64,000 bases of DNA from an uncultured candidate division Zixibacteria bacterium (GCA_963735035.1 CAVTJJ010000006.1:544001-608000), one strand, 5' to 3'; shown: positions 1 through 9,110, counted from the stretch's first letter. Made by a program: numbers and translations. Notes: generated by a model from the letters alone, not told the origin.

Positions 1-2
1 GG

Positions 3-1349
3 GTTTCCAAGGTCCCCTATACCTCGATCAGCGAACCGTCAGATGCCAAGGAATTGGGTCGATTCTCGCACATGTATTCTGACACCCTGATAGCTTTCCT
101 GGACGAAAACGGCGATGTCAGGACCGACAGCAATGAATTCCGACTCGATGGTGATCTGTTCGGGTACAGCTATCTCTTTGTGACCACTGAAGTTGAGGCT
201 TCGGTTGACACTCTTCCGGGCCCAATGATGCTTGGTCAAACCATCACCGGTTCTACTGACACCATTCGGATGTATTTCCCGCAGCAGGATTCACTCTGGG
301 AATCCATTGTCAGGTGTAATTTCATGAACCCGACGTCCGACATTCCTGGCGACTTCGATAATAATCCGAGCTCCTACGGCTACGGGCTTTGGTTCTCCAA
401 CCACGAATTTACGTTACTCCCGATTCACGATACTTTCAATGTGGTGGTCTCAAATACTTGGGACACGATCAAGCCGAAACTCGATTCGATAACTGGTGAT
501 ACCATGAATCTGACCGATCTTCGTAAGGAGTATCCCGATTCAGTTTGGTATACCTATGACACCATCCGAGTTGATTTCGGTCGCGACAGACTGGCCCTGG
601 GTATCGATCGGTATACCCACTACGGTGCGAAACAGCATATTATTCGCAGAGGTGGGACAGCCGTACCCAGGCTGAAGAAGAATTTCCATTTTGCCGTAGA
701 TTCAACCGTTGATACCGTCGGACTTGACGATTTCAGCCAGGATCTCTACGATCTTCCGGATCTCGGTCGCTACGGATGGAAATACAAGGGTTGGATCGTA
801 TCCGAGAATATTCCCAAGGGAGCCGTAGGCGAGTTCACCCCGCCCGTATGGGATTACAAGAACAGTGAGCTACTTATTCCCGGATATCAGGGCGGTCTGA
901 TGACCACGGGCAAGTTTACCAATGTGACTGACAGCGATGAATCCAATCCGTTCACTTTATCGGTGAACTGGGATGTAGACAGCGTGTTTATTGACACAGT
1001 GAGCACTGATCCGATTGTTACGGATACCACGATCCAGACATTTCACAATTTGAAGCGGCCGCGCTTCCCCGGCGAAGATTTCCTAAATGCGACGGCTCTT
1101 TCGGATTCGACTCACGGGGCGATAGCATCACCACTGTATACGCTTAGTCAGCCGGGCAGTGTCTTTATCTCGCTGGAACCAAACAACATGGTGACTGACA
1201 CGACCAATTTCCCCCTGATTCTTTTCAGCCGAACCGTGCCGCCCGTGGATGTGGACAGCGTGAATCTTTGGACGCTCTCGAATTGGGCAGGCGTTGCTCC
1301 CGGTTCCAGAGGTCTCCCCAAGATTGAGGCCAGAATCAAGCGCTTCTAA
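3..1349 (+). CDS. Hypothetical protein, 5'-truncated by the window edge; resembles FCB proteins annotated as anti-sigma-factor (RskA C-terminal-like) domain proteins
   Basis: Frame is open from base 3 to TAA at 1349. Motifs LPDL..GWKYKGW, TTGKF, PRFPGEDFL and VFISLEP resemble that family. Function not established. Confidence 0.5.
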   Translation, partial: VSKVPYTSISEPSDAKELGRFSHMYSDTLIAFLDENGDVRTDSNEFRLDGDLFGYSYLFVTTEVEASVDTLPGPMMLGQTITGSTDTIRMYFPQQDSLWESIVRCNFMNPTSDIPGDFDNNPSSYGYGLWFSNHEFTLLPIHDTFNVVVSNTWDTIKPKLDSITGDTMNLTDLRKEYPDSVWYTYDTIRVDFGRDRLALGIDRYTHYGAKQHIIRRGGTAVPRLKKNFHFAVDSTVDTVGLDDFSQDLYDLPDLGRYGWKYKGWIVSENIPKGAVGEFTPPVWDYKNSELLIPGYQGGLMTTGKFTNVTDSDESNPFTLSVNWDVDSVFIDTVSTDPIVTDTTIQTFHNLKRPRFPGEDFLNATALSDSTHGAIASPLYTLSQPGSVFISLEPNNMVTDTTNFPLILFSRTVPPVDVDSVNLWTLSNWAGVAPGSRGLPKIEARIKRF

Positions 1350-1372
1350 AGCAGAGTATTCTTCGATGGATG

Positions 1373-1406
1373 GGCCAGCCGAGTGTACCTCGGCTGGCCT
1401 TTTGTT
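1373..1406 (+). terminator. Rho-independent terminator
   Basis: 11-bp perfect stem GGCCAGCCGAG/CTCGGCTGGCC, 5-nt loop, then TTTTGTT, about 24 nt after the stop codon. Confidence 0.85.
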
Positions 1407-1550
1407 GCACCGTATGTTCCTGACTATCTTGTAGATGCGACTGGAGCCGCGTCTCGTGTCGAAATGCAAGGTGTTGCCTACTAACTGCCTGAGTGGGGTA
1501 GAAGGGATGATTTGACCGGATAGGTGGGATCGTCGCTTGTCAGCCGTCGT

Positions 1551-1567
1551 GGCAACTTTCTGTTGCC
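1551..1567. promoter_or_regulatory. Palindromic site, candidate enhancer (UAS) for an NtrC-family activator
   Basis: GGCAAC-N5-GTTGCC perfect dyad about 90-100 bp upstream of the predicted sigma-54 start site. The 6-5-6 geometry is like NtrC boxes. Confidence 0.4.
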
Positions 1568-1628
1568 CCGTAAGCCATTAGGTGGTATACTTGAAGTGAT
1601 TTATGAGAAGTCTCAATGTTCCGGTTGC

Positions 1629-1643
1629 GGGCACTAAGTTTGC
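1629..1643 (+). promoter_or_regulatory. Candidate sigma-54 (-24/-12) promoter
   Basis: GGGCAC-taagt-TTGC versus consensus TGGCAC-N5-TTGC, with correct GG-N10-GC spacing (GG 1630-1631, GC 1642-1643). Confidence 0.5.
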
Positions 1644-1654
1644 GATGAACCTGA

Positions 1655-1758
1655 TTGCTACTTGAGTTGTTGAACAAATTAGGGAGTGGTGTGTGCTGGA
1701 ACTCCAGCCACCTGACGTAAGAGTCGGGCATCCCCCCTCCACCACTCCCTATCTTTTT
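1655..1758 (+). ncRNA. Candidate structured small RNA (three-way junction, C-rich strand, U-tail)
   Basis: 12-bp perfect stem 1680-1691/1740-1751 encloses hairpins 1695-1708 and 1711-1728 and an unpaired C-rich tract, followed by TCTTTTT. It lies directly downstream of the sigma-54 motif. 5' end inferred. Confidence 0.4.
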
Positions 1759-1823
1759 CGCCCGTTTCAGGTCGATTCTCCCGCTGGGTCATTTTTGGCC
1801 GAAATCTTCCGATACATTCGAAG

Positions 1824-3788
1824 ATGAAAGTACACTTCAAGTCGCTCCTTTTTGGCGCAAAGCCGGGATTGATCGTTCGATTAGGCAATCTGATCGTAAT
1901 TCAGGTAATCTTCATTTTTGCGGCCCTGGCGCTAATTCTCTTTGTTCCGGGCTCCGATCGTGATATGCCCGAACGCCTGTATGATCAGGAACGACGGCTC
2001 AAGAGCGAGGGGGAAGCATTATCACGGTCGCTCTGTTTGGACAAGCCATGGGATATGACAACGAAATCAGAGGATCCTTATCGAGGGTTGAATCAGAGCC
2101 TGGACAGTCTGTCAGCGCCCGGGGTTGCGGTGCTAATTCGAATTAACGACGAGGCGCCGGCTGAAATACTCTACGCGTATGATCGGGAAGCTGCCGTCGA
2201 TGAAGAGAGTGGTTCCGAAATCGATGTGTCCAATTTCCTTGACCTGGCGGTTTTGCGCCGATTTGCCGATTCCGGTCTGGCGGCGCCATCATGTCCAGTA
2301 CTAAACGACCGAGCGTTGGTATATTATCGAAAGGTTGCCGAAGTGTCACCGCACGAAGCGATCGTGCTGGTGGTCGCGGCCGACCATGGTCTGTCGGTAT
2401 CGTCACGCGCCGGTCTCAGGTCGGCGGTATTCTTGCTGTTTCTGTGTGCGGCACTCATCTCGCTTCTTACCGTCAGCCTCCTGCTGAGAAAATTCAAGCG
2501 ACCGTTGGATCAAATCATTGCCGGATTGGGGGAGACGGCCGACGGCAAGCTGCATCACCTAACGGAACTGGAAAGCGATCCTGAACTGGGGCGTTTGGCC
2601 AAAGCTTACAATGAGATGACCCGACGATTGTGGGACAGTCGCACAAAACTGGACTGTTCCTACTCGCAGCTCGAACAGGCCAATGCCGAACTACAGGAAT
2701 CGCGGTCGTTCCTGGCGACGCTGATTGACTCTTCGCCTCTGAGCGTGATTGTGGTCGATCCCGAGAAGAGGGTGGCGCTGTTTAGTCGTTCCGCCGTGAA
2801 CGAATTCGGCTATACGCGGGGCGAGATCGTCGGGCAACCGTTCGAGAGCCTTCTGGCGGGAAAGAGCGAAGGAGATGAACTTCCATCGGGGAAAAGCGGC
2901 CCGGTCGGGTTCGAAGTCGTGTGCCGTCGCAAGAACGGGGTTTCCTTCCCAGCGTATGTCGTCTCGGATGCGGTCACGACCGAGGACGGGGAAGTACTGG
3001 GGCGATTGTACATCTGTCGGGATATCACCGAAACCCGCAGCCTGCAGGATATGATGATCCGGGTCGACCGCTATTATACCAAGGGTGAGATGGTGGGCGA
3101 CATAGCTCATGAAATAAACAACTACCTGGCCGTCCTGATGGGCAACGTGGAATTGATGCCGCTCTTGCTTAAGAAGGGTGATACCGCCAAGGTCGAAAAG
3201 AAGCTCGATGTCATGAAGACCTCGCTCGAAAGAATCGCCCGCTTTGCCGACGGTTTGCTCGACTCGCCGCCGGATGCCATTCGCATAGAACCTACCTCCA
3301 TCAATCACGTTGTGGAGACTGTCGTAGGGTTCCTCAAACCTCAGAACAAGTTCGACACCGTTGAAGTAGCCGTCGAGCTCTCGGACAACGTGTCAATCGC
3401 CCATGTTGATTCCGGTCAGGTACAGCAAATGCTTATCAACCTTATTAACAATGCCGCCGAGGCTCTGGTTGACAAACCGGAAGACCGCAAGATATGGGTG
3501 ACAACCGAGCCCGTGGTCGTTCATGAGAAGAGCGGTGTGCGAATTACGGTTCGTGACAACGGTCCGGGTGTCGCTCGTGACAAAGAAGCCTTGCTCTTCA
3601 ATACCCGCTTTACTACCAAGCGACGGGGCCACGGCATTGGACTGATGACCTGTCGTAAGATCGTCGATAATCACGGCGGCTCCATTTCATACACTTTCAG
3701 CGAAGGCGCCGTCTTCTCGGCGCAATTGCCGACCGAGTGTAGTGAAAGTCGATCCGAGGTGAACACGGCGGCTTCCTTGACCGTCTAA
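1824..3788 (+). CDS. Membrane sensor histidine kinase (2 TM, HAMP, PAS, HisKA, HATPase)
   Basis: H-box IAHEINNYL, N-box NLINNA, G1 DNGPG, F-box FTTK, G2 GHGIGL; HAMP ELGRLAKAYNEM; PAS/PAC ending RDITE. Confidence 0.92.
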   Translation: MKVHFKSLLFGAKPGLIVRLGNLIVIQVIFIFAALALILFVPGSDRDMPERLYDQERRLKSEGEALSRSLCLDKPWDMTTKSEDPYRGLNQSLDSLSAPGVAVLIRINDEAPAEILYAYDREAAVDEESGSEIDVSNFLDLAVLRRFADSGLAAPSCPVLNDRALVYYRKVAEVSPHEAIVLVVAADHGLSVSSRAGLRSAVFLLFLCAALISLLTVSLLLRKFKRPLDQIIAGLGETADGKLHHLTELESDPELGRLAKAYNEMTRRLWDSRTKLDCSYSQLEQANAELQESRSFLATLIDSSPLSVIVVDPEKRVALFSRSAVNEFGYTRGEIVGQPFESLLAGKSEGDELPSGKSGPVGFEVVCRRKNGVSFPAYVVSDAVTTEDGEVLGRLYICRDITETRSLQDMMIRVDRYYTKGEMVGDIAHEINNYLAVLMGNVELMPLLLKKGDTAKVEKKLDVMKTSLERIARFADGLLDSPPDAIRIEPTSINHVVETVVGFLKPQNKFDTVEVAVELSDNVSIAHVDSGQVQQMLINLINNAAEALVDKPEDRKIWVTTEPVVVHEKSGVRITVRDNGPGVARDKEALLFNTRFTTKRRGHGIGLMTCRKIVDNHGGSISYTFSEGAVFSAQLPTECSESRSEVNTAASLTV

Positions 3789-3854
3789 CACAGTCGCGGT
3801 GTTCCCCCGGTTTTACTTGCCCCGGCTTACAACGCTCGATACCTTGTTCCCCGT

Positions 3855-5546
3855 ATGAAACGGACTCCACGTTCATCCGGCGGGTATGACCAGCGATATC
3901 TTACCGTTCTAACGTTAGTACTCGCTGTTGGGGTATTTCTTCTCACCTGGTTCACTATTCGCAAGAGCCGTGCCGACAGCTTCGGTTTGCTGGTCGAGCA
4001 GGGACGGGCCCTGACCGAATCGCTGGCGGAGGCGTCGCAAAACGCCATCACCTCGGAAAGCTTCTACGATCATCTGGTGCAGCTGCGTTATTCCGATCTC
4101 GTCAGCACCCTGATGGATATGGACATCAACAAGCTTACCCGTCAGGACTGGTCGTCATTTGCTCTGACCCACGATTTACGCGGTGTTTACCTTTATACGG
4201 ATGACAGCGGCCTGGTGGCCGGTTCGACGGTGCGCGGGGGACGCATCAAACCGCCGGAACATGTCGAGAGCGAAGTGGACTCCCTGTTTGCGGATCCCGA
4301 GATAAGATTCGTGCTGTTGCTCGATGAGGGGGATACCCCCGACCAGATGGTGCATTACTATTTGGAACTGACGAGTCAACTCGATCGGGTAATAGTCCTC
4401 TCCAGCGACGCGTTGTCCTATTCTCAAGCCCTCCGCGAAACCGGAATTGGTCGTTTGGCGCGACGAATGGCGCGCGAACCGGGAATAGAATACATCGTAT
4501 TTCAAACCGACTCGAGCGTTGTGTTCGCGTCGAGTGGGGTCGAGAATCTCTCTGATTTCGCTTCGGACAGTTTCCTGAGCGGAGCGCTGGGAGCCGATAG
4601 TATCGTTCAGCGCATATATGAGTATCGCGGCAAGAAGGTCCTGGAGCTTGTCAGGCCATTTTCGTCCACACAGTATCAGCCCGGTCTATTCCGGGTCGGC
4701 TTGTCTTTGGAGCGGTTCTATGCGGTAAGCCGGGGGTTCGATCAACAATTGATTATCCTCTCCGGAGTCCTGGTAATTCTGTTACTGGTGGCGGCAGCCT
4801 ATTTCCGCGGTCGACGCAAGCGGTACGAGATGATTGCCGAATATGAACGCCAGGCCCAGCGGCGCGAACGTCTTTCGGAAATGGGTAATCTGGCTGCGGG
4901 TGTGGCGCATGAGATACGCAATCCGCTAAATACGATTTCCATCGCCGCGCAACGTCTGGCCAGGGAGTTCGAGCCGAATGCCAACCGCGAGCAATATGAC
5001 GCGTTCACCAGTCAGATTCGGGCGGAAACGGCACGTCTGAACGATATCATTACTCGTTTCCTGGCGCTCGCCCGCGATGATCGACGGCAAAGATCCATGG
5101 TGTCGCTCGATCAGTTGTTGCGCGAAGTTGGAGAATTGCTCAGGATCGAAGCGGATCGACTCGGTATCGTCGTATCAGTCAGGGTCGATCCCGGTATCAA
5201 ACTTGAAGTCGATCCCGACCGCGTGAAGGAGTTGTTTCTCAATCTCTTCAGCAATAGCCGTGAGGCGCTGGCCGGGCGTTCGGGGAAATTTGCCATCGAG
5301 GTGGAGCGTTTTTCCGGCCAAGTCAGGATATGCGTTACCGATGACGGTCCGGGGATTCCTGCTGAAATACGCGATAAGGTTTTCGCGCCATATTATACGT
5401 CGAAAGAAGGCGGCACGGGGCTGGGTCTCCCAACGGCACAGAGAATAGTCTCTGATTTCGGAGGTGAAATCAGTCTTGATTCCGATTACGACAAAGGGGC
5501 GCGGTTTGTCATGGTATTTCCGGAGAAAACTCCGAACGGCAAGTAG
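3855..5546 (+). CDS. Membrane sensor histidine kinase (NtrB/AtoS-like)
   Basis: H-box AAGVAHEIRNPLN, N-box NLFSNS, DDGPGI, GTGLGL; two TM segments flanking a large periplasmic domain. Confidence 0.92.
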   Translation: MKRTPRSSGGYDQRYLTVLTLVLAVGVFLLTWFTIRKSRADSFGLLVEQGRALTESLAEASQNAITSESFYDHLVQLRYSDLVSTLMDMDINKLTRQDWSSFALTHDLRGVYLYTDDSGLVAGSTVRGGRIKPPEHVESEVDSLFADPEIRFVLLLDEGDTPDQMVHYYLELTSQLDRVIVLSSDALSYSQALRETGIGRLARRMAREPGIEYIVFQTDSSVVFASSGVENLSDFASDSFLSGALGADSIVQRIYEYRGKKVLELVRPFSSTQYQPGLFRVGLSLERFYAVSRGFDQQLIILSGVLVILLLVAAAYFRGRRKRYEMIAEYERQAQRRERLSEMGNLAAGVAHEIRNPLNTISIAAQRLAREFEPNANREQYDAFTSQIRAETARLNDIITRFLALARDDRRQRSMVSLDQLLREVGELLRIEADRLGIVVSVRVDPGIKLEVDPDRVKELFLNLFSNSREALAGRSGKFAIEVERFSGQVRICVTDDGPGIPAEIRDKVFAPYYTSKEGGTGLGLPTAQRIVSDFGGEISLDSDYDKGARFVMVFPEKTPNGK

Positions 5547-5556
5547 GCGTTTGAAG

Positions 5557-5585
5557 TTGTCGTCACAGCGTGACCTCTCTATATT
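5557..5585 (+). promoter_or_regulatory. Putative sigma-70 promoter
   Basis: TTGTCG-17nt-TATATT; the spacer overlaps a GTCAC-agc-GTGAC dyad. Confidence 0.45.
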
Positions 5586-5645
5586 CTATCGAAGAATCTG
5601 AAGGGATAGGAAGGGACTTCGACGAATCCTTCCTGCGCCTGAGCC

Positions 5646-6566
5646 ATGAAATGGCCTGACGGAAGATCATTCGCATTTACCATATTTGATGACACCGATG
5701 GTGCCACGGTCGCCAATGTGGGTGAGGTCTATCGTTTACTCACGGATCTGGGAGTACGGGCCACCAAGTCCGTCTGGACAAGTCGTGAGAAGGCTCCGGT
5801 GAAAACTGCCGGAAGTACCTGTGAGGACCTTGATTATCTGGCCTGGGTGCTTGGACTCGCTCGTAAGGGATTCGAAATCGGTTACCACCTGAACGCCGCT
5901 GATACATCGACTCGCCCAGAAACGCAGCAGGGGCTGGATCGATTCAATAAACTGTTTGGACATGACCCTTATACCATGGCCAATCATTCGGCATGTGAGG
6001 AGAACATATATTGGGGGGCGGATCGTCTGACAGGTATGCGTAAGACGATCTATAACCTGGCCTCCGGCTACCGGAACAGCGCCCGGTACCGAGGTCAGAT
6101 AGAGGGCGACCCTCTTTTCTGGGGCGACCTGTGTCGCGAGCGTATCAAGTACTGCCGGGGATTTGTATGTTCGGAGATCAACACGCTTGAGATGTGTCCG
6201 TTCATGCCGTATCATGATCCGGAACGACCGTACGTGAACAATTGGTACCTGGCGTCCGAGGGACCAAACATTGAGTCATTTCTCAAGCTCGTGAATGAGA
6301 AGAACGTCGATCGGTTGGAATCTGAAGGCGGTTTGTGCATCTTGTACACTCACTTTGCTTCTGGATTTCAGGATGCGGGCGTCTTGGACATTAGGTTCAA
6401 AACACTGATGGAGAGCTTATCCAAGCGGAACGGTTGGTTCGTGCCGGTATCAACTATGCTCGATTATCTATTGGAGCGAAACGGGCCCCACGAAATCACG
6501 TTGTCAGAGAGACGACGCCTCGAATGGTGCTGGCTATTCCATAAACTTCGCACTGGGACTACTTGA
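5646..6566 (+). CDS. Polysaccharide deacetylase-like (NodB/CE4-fold) protein
   Basis: N-terminal FAFTIFDD, GFEIGYH metal motif, C-terminal LYTHF. Confidence 0.65.
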   Translation: MKWPDGRSFAFTIFDDTDGATVANVGEVYRLLTDLGVRATKSVWTSREKAPVKTAGSTCEDLDYLAWVLGLARKGFEIGYHLNAADTSTRPETQQGLDRFNKLFGHDPYTMANHSACEENIYWGADRLTGMRKTIYNLASGYRNSARYRGQIEGDPLFWGDLCRERIKYCRGFVCSEINTLEMCPFMPYHDPERPYVNNWYLASEGPNIESFLKLVNEKNVDRLESEGGLCILYTHFASGFQDAGVLDIRFKTLMESLSKRNGWFVPVSTMLDYLLERNGPHEITLSERRRLEWCWLFHKLRTGTT

Positions 6567-7609
6567 ACAGCATAGGTTTTCATAGGGGAGAGCCAATCTA
6601 CAGCTTCGGACTGGAGTCAAATCCAGTATGGAGGCGTTTGGACAGCTTGTCAGATCGAACCGTTGGTCAGACCAAAGAATGGTGTGAATTCATTGCCGAT
6701 ACACAATGCGGCGAACTGGTAGTCCTTGAGGTGCTTCGTGATCAAGCCACGGTCGGTTGGTTTACAGGATTGATCGTAAAGAAGTTCGGCCTGCGGATGC
6801 TGGGTTCGCCGTTCCCCGGCTGGACGACTTCCTATATGGGCTTCAATCTTCAGGCTGGCGTTGAGCGGGGAGACATCTTTCCATCGCTCTTTGAATATGC
6901 CTTCCGCGAACTGAAATGCGCTCATGTCGAATTGATGGATCGACATCTTGATCTTTCGGTGGTAAAGAAACTGGGAATCAAGCACCGCATCTTCAGGGGC
7001 TATGAGATTGACCTTACGCAGGATGAAGATACTTTGTTCGACGCGATGGACTCGTCCTGCCGAAGATGCATCCGTAAAGCGGAAAAATCGGGTGTGACGG
7101 TAGAAGTCGCCACAGACGACTCCTTCGCAGATGAATACTATGACCAACTGAATGAAGTTTTCGCCCGTCAGCGATTGGTGCCGACCTACCCGGTCGAGCG
7201 AGTTCGGGCGCTGGTGCGACATGTTCTTCCGTCGGGTCACTTGTTGTTGCTCAGAGCGAAAGACAGCGACGGGAGATGTATCGCCAGTGGCATTTTTCCT
7301 GCGTTCAACGACACAATGTATTTCTGGGGCGGAGCCAGTCGAACCGAGTATCGACACTTGCGCCCCAATGAAGCGATTCAATGGTATGCCATGCGGCATT
7401 GGAAGAGCCTGGGCATTACGAAATACGACATGGGTGGCGGGGGAGAATACAAAGAGAAGTACGGTGGGCGGGAGATTGCGGTGCCGTGGGTGCGGCAGTC
7501 GCGGAATGGGCTGCTGGCGGCGCTTCGAGAAGCAGCGCGCTGGTCGTTTGATCTGAGGCAGCGTATTCGCGGAATGGGCAAGTCGGCGAGTAAATCCGAA
7601 GAAGACTGA
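6563..7609 (+). CDS. FemAB-like/GNAT family acyltransferase
   Basis: RRCIRKAEKSGV, YFWGGAS, YDMGGGGEYKEKYG; TTG start overlaps the upstream TGA. Confidence 0.8.
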   Translation: MNSIGFHRGEPIYSFGLESNPVWRRLDSLSDRTVGQTKEWCEFIADTQCGELVVLEVLRDQATVGWFTGLIVKKFGLRMLGSPFPGWTTSYMGFNLQAGVERGDIFPSLFEYAFRELKCAHVELMDRHLDLSVVKKLGIKHRIFRGYEIDLTQDEDTLFDAMDSSCRRCIRKAEKSGVTVEVATDDSFADEYYDQLNEVFARQRLVPTYPVERVRALVRHVLPSGHLLLLRAKDSDGRCIASGIFPAFNDTMYFWGGASRTEYRHLRPNEAIQWYAMRHWKSLGITKYDMGGGGEYKEKYGGREIAVPWVRQSRNGLLAALREAARWSFDLRQRIRGMGKSASKSEED

Positions 7610-7634
7610 ATCGCGGTCACACATTTACAAAACA

Positions 7635-7662
7635 AAAGCGGCCCTGATAGCAGGGCCGCTTT
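7635..7662. terminator. Bidirectional rho-independent terminator
   Basis: AAAGCGGCCCTG-atag-CAGGGCCGCTTT between convergent genes. Confidence 0.85.
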
Positions 7663-7684
7663 CTTATGATAATTGTCAGCGTGA

Positions 7685-8977
7685 CTAGGCGGTCTTGGCT
7701 TTGGCAGCCTGAGCCTTGAGCCACTTGGTGCTGACCGATTTCGGACGGAAGATAGCCGTGCCGAGAGCGCGGTTCAGAACCTGCTGCGACAACATACCCA
7801 TCGCACGGGAGACCGAGAAGAGCACGGTGTAGTACTCGAACTGAGTCAGACCGTAATGGTACAGCAGCGCGCCGGAACCGGCGTCGACGTTTGGCCACGG
7901 ATCCTTCGCCTTGCCGGCCTTGACCAGTACCTTCGGTACCACGTTGAAGACGAGGTCGACCGTCTGGAAGACCGGGTCGTTCTTGAGGTACTTCTTGCCG
8001 AACTCGTTGAACGCGGTGAAGCGCGGATCGGTCACACGAAGCACGGCGTGGCCGTAGCCCGGAATCACCTTGCCGCTATTGAGCGTTTCCCAGGCGTATT
8101 CTTCGAGCTGCTTCTCGGTCGGAGCGCCGCCGAACTTCTCCATGGTCTCGAGAATCCAGCCGAGACATTCCTGATTCGCCAGACCGTGCAGCGGGCCGGC
8201 CAGACCGTTCAGACCGGCCGAGACGGCGTAGAACGGATCGGACAGAGCCGAACCGACCGTATGGCAGGTCATAGCGGAAACGTTACCACCCTCGTGGTCA
8301 CAGTGCAGGGTGAGGTAGAGGCGCATCATTTCAGCAGTCTCGCCCTTGTGAGGCTTCAGGCCGAGCATGTGAGCGTAGTTGGCGCCCCAGTCGAGTTTCT
8401 TCGACGGTTCAATCATATCGCCCTTGTAGTACTTCAGGCGGTAGACAGCGGCCGCGATCGTGTGAATCGTGCCGAGAATCCGCATGGCGTCGTCCAGAGT
8501 TGAAAGCCAGTATTCGTTCTTGTGAACGCCCTTGGTGTATTCGCGACGATAGGCCGACTCGTTTTCCATCGCCAGGATGGCGCAATCGAGCATAGCCATC
8601 GGGTGCGAGGTCTTCGGCATCGCCTTGAGAACCTTCCAAACGTAGGCCGGAACTTCACCGTTAGCAGTCAATTCTTTCTGGAATCCAGCCAGCTCGTCTT
8701 TGTTCGGGAATTCGCCGATCAAGAGCAGCCAGAAAATTTCTTCGGGCAGACGATCCTTGATCTTCATGATCGCCTGTTCGCGGATGATAAGGCCCTGATC
8801 CGGTTCCACCACGGAGGTGTCACACACCAGACCCTTGACACCGCGCATGCCGCCGATGGCCTGCGAAATAGTCACGTCCGAGATTTTCACCTCGCCTGAT
8901 TCTTTCATCAGGTCCGCGCGTTCCTTGCGCAGATTGGGGATCATGCTCCCCAATTTCTCTTTGATAGTCATAGCCAT
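7685..8977 (-). CDS. gltA: Citrate (Si)-synthase, eukaryotic/mitochondrial type
   Basis: GGMRG, HCDHEGGNVSA, GLAGPLHGLANQE, IPGYGHAVLR.TDPR, PWPNVDA, RPKS; SD AAGGAG. Confidence 0.93.
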   Translation of the reverse strand: MAMTIKEKLGSMIPNLRKERADLMKESGEVKISDVTISQAIGGMRGVKGLVCDTSVVEPDQGLIIREQAIMKIKDRLPEEIFWLLLIGEFPNKDELAGFQKELTANGEVPAYVWKVLKAMPKTSHPMAMLDCAILAMENESAYRREYTKGVHKNEYWLSTLDDAMRILGTIHTIAAAVYRLKYYKGDMIEPSKKLDWGANYAHMLGLKPHKGETAEMMRLYLTLHCDHEGGNVSAMTCHTVGSALSDPFYAVSAGLNGLAGPLHGLANQECLGWILETMEKFGGAPTEKQLEEYAWETLNSGKVIPGYGHAVLRVTDPRFTAFNEFGKKYLKNDPVFQTVDLVFNVVPKVLVKAGKAKDPWPNVDAGSGALLYHYGLTQFEYYTVLFSVSRAMGMLSQQVLNRALGTAIFRPKSVSTKWLKAQAAKAKTA

Positions 8978-9041
8978 GTGTATCTCCTTAGATTGGCTCG
9001 TAAAATAATATGTATTCGTTTTCTCATACCAGCGAATAATG

Positions 9042-9059
9042 ATGTGAAATGTTTCACAT
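9042..9059. promoter_or_regulatory. Operator palindrome resembling a Rex (or CRP/FNR-family) box
   Basis: ATGTGAAA-TG-TTTCACAT perfect dyad just downstream of the gltA -10 element. Confidence 0.6.
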
Positions 9060-9068
9060 AACGGAGGG

Positions 9069-9097
9069 AAGCTACATGACTCTCGTCAATAAGTCAA
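9069..9097 (-). promoter_or_regulatory. Putative sigma-70 promoter of gltA
   Basis: Minus strand TTGACT-17nt-TAGCTT. Confidence 0.6.
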
Positions 9098-9110
9098 GCT
9101 TCAAGCAGAA

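Noticed and set aside
1540..1731. 63-aa minus-strand ORF preceded by GGAGGGGGG
   Set aside because: No recognisable protein features, and the G-rich stretch directly abuts the ATG. It is better explained as the complement of the C-rich strand of the + strand RNA structure.
6650..7624. Long antisense or alternate-frame ORFs (e.g. 6650-7624, 25737-26633, 38402-39370, 56439-57146)
   Set aside because: Shadows of well-supported genes on the opposite strand, expected with GC-rich codon bias.
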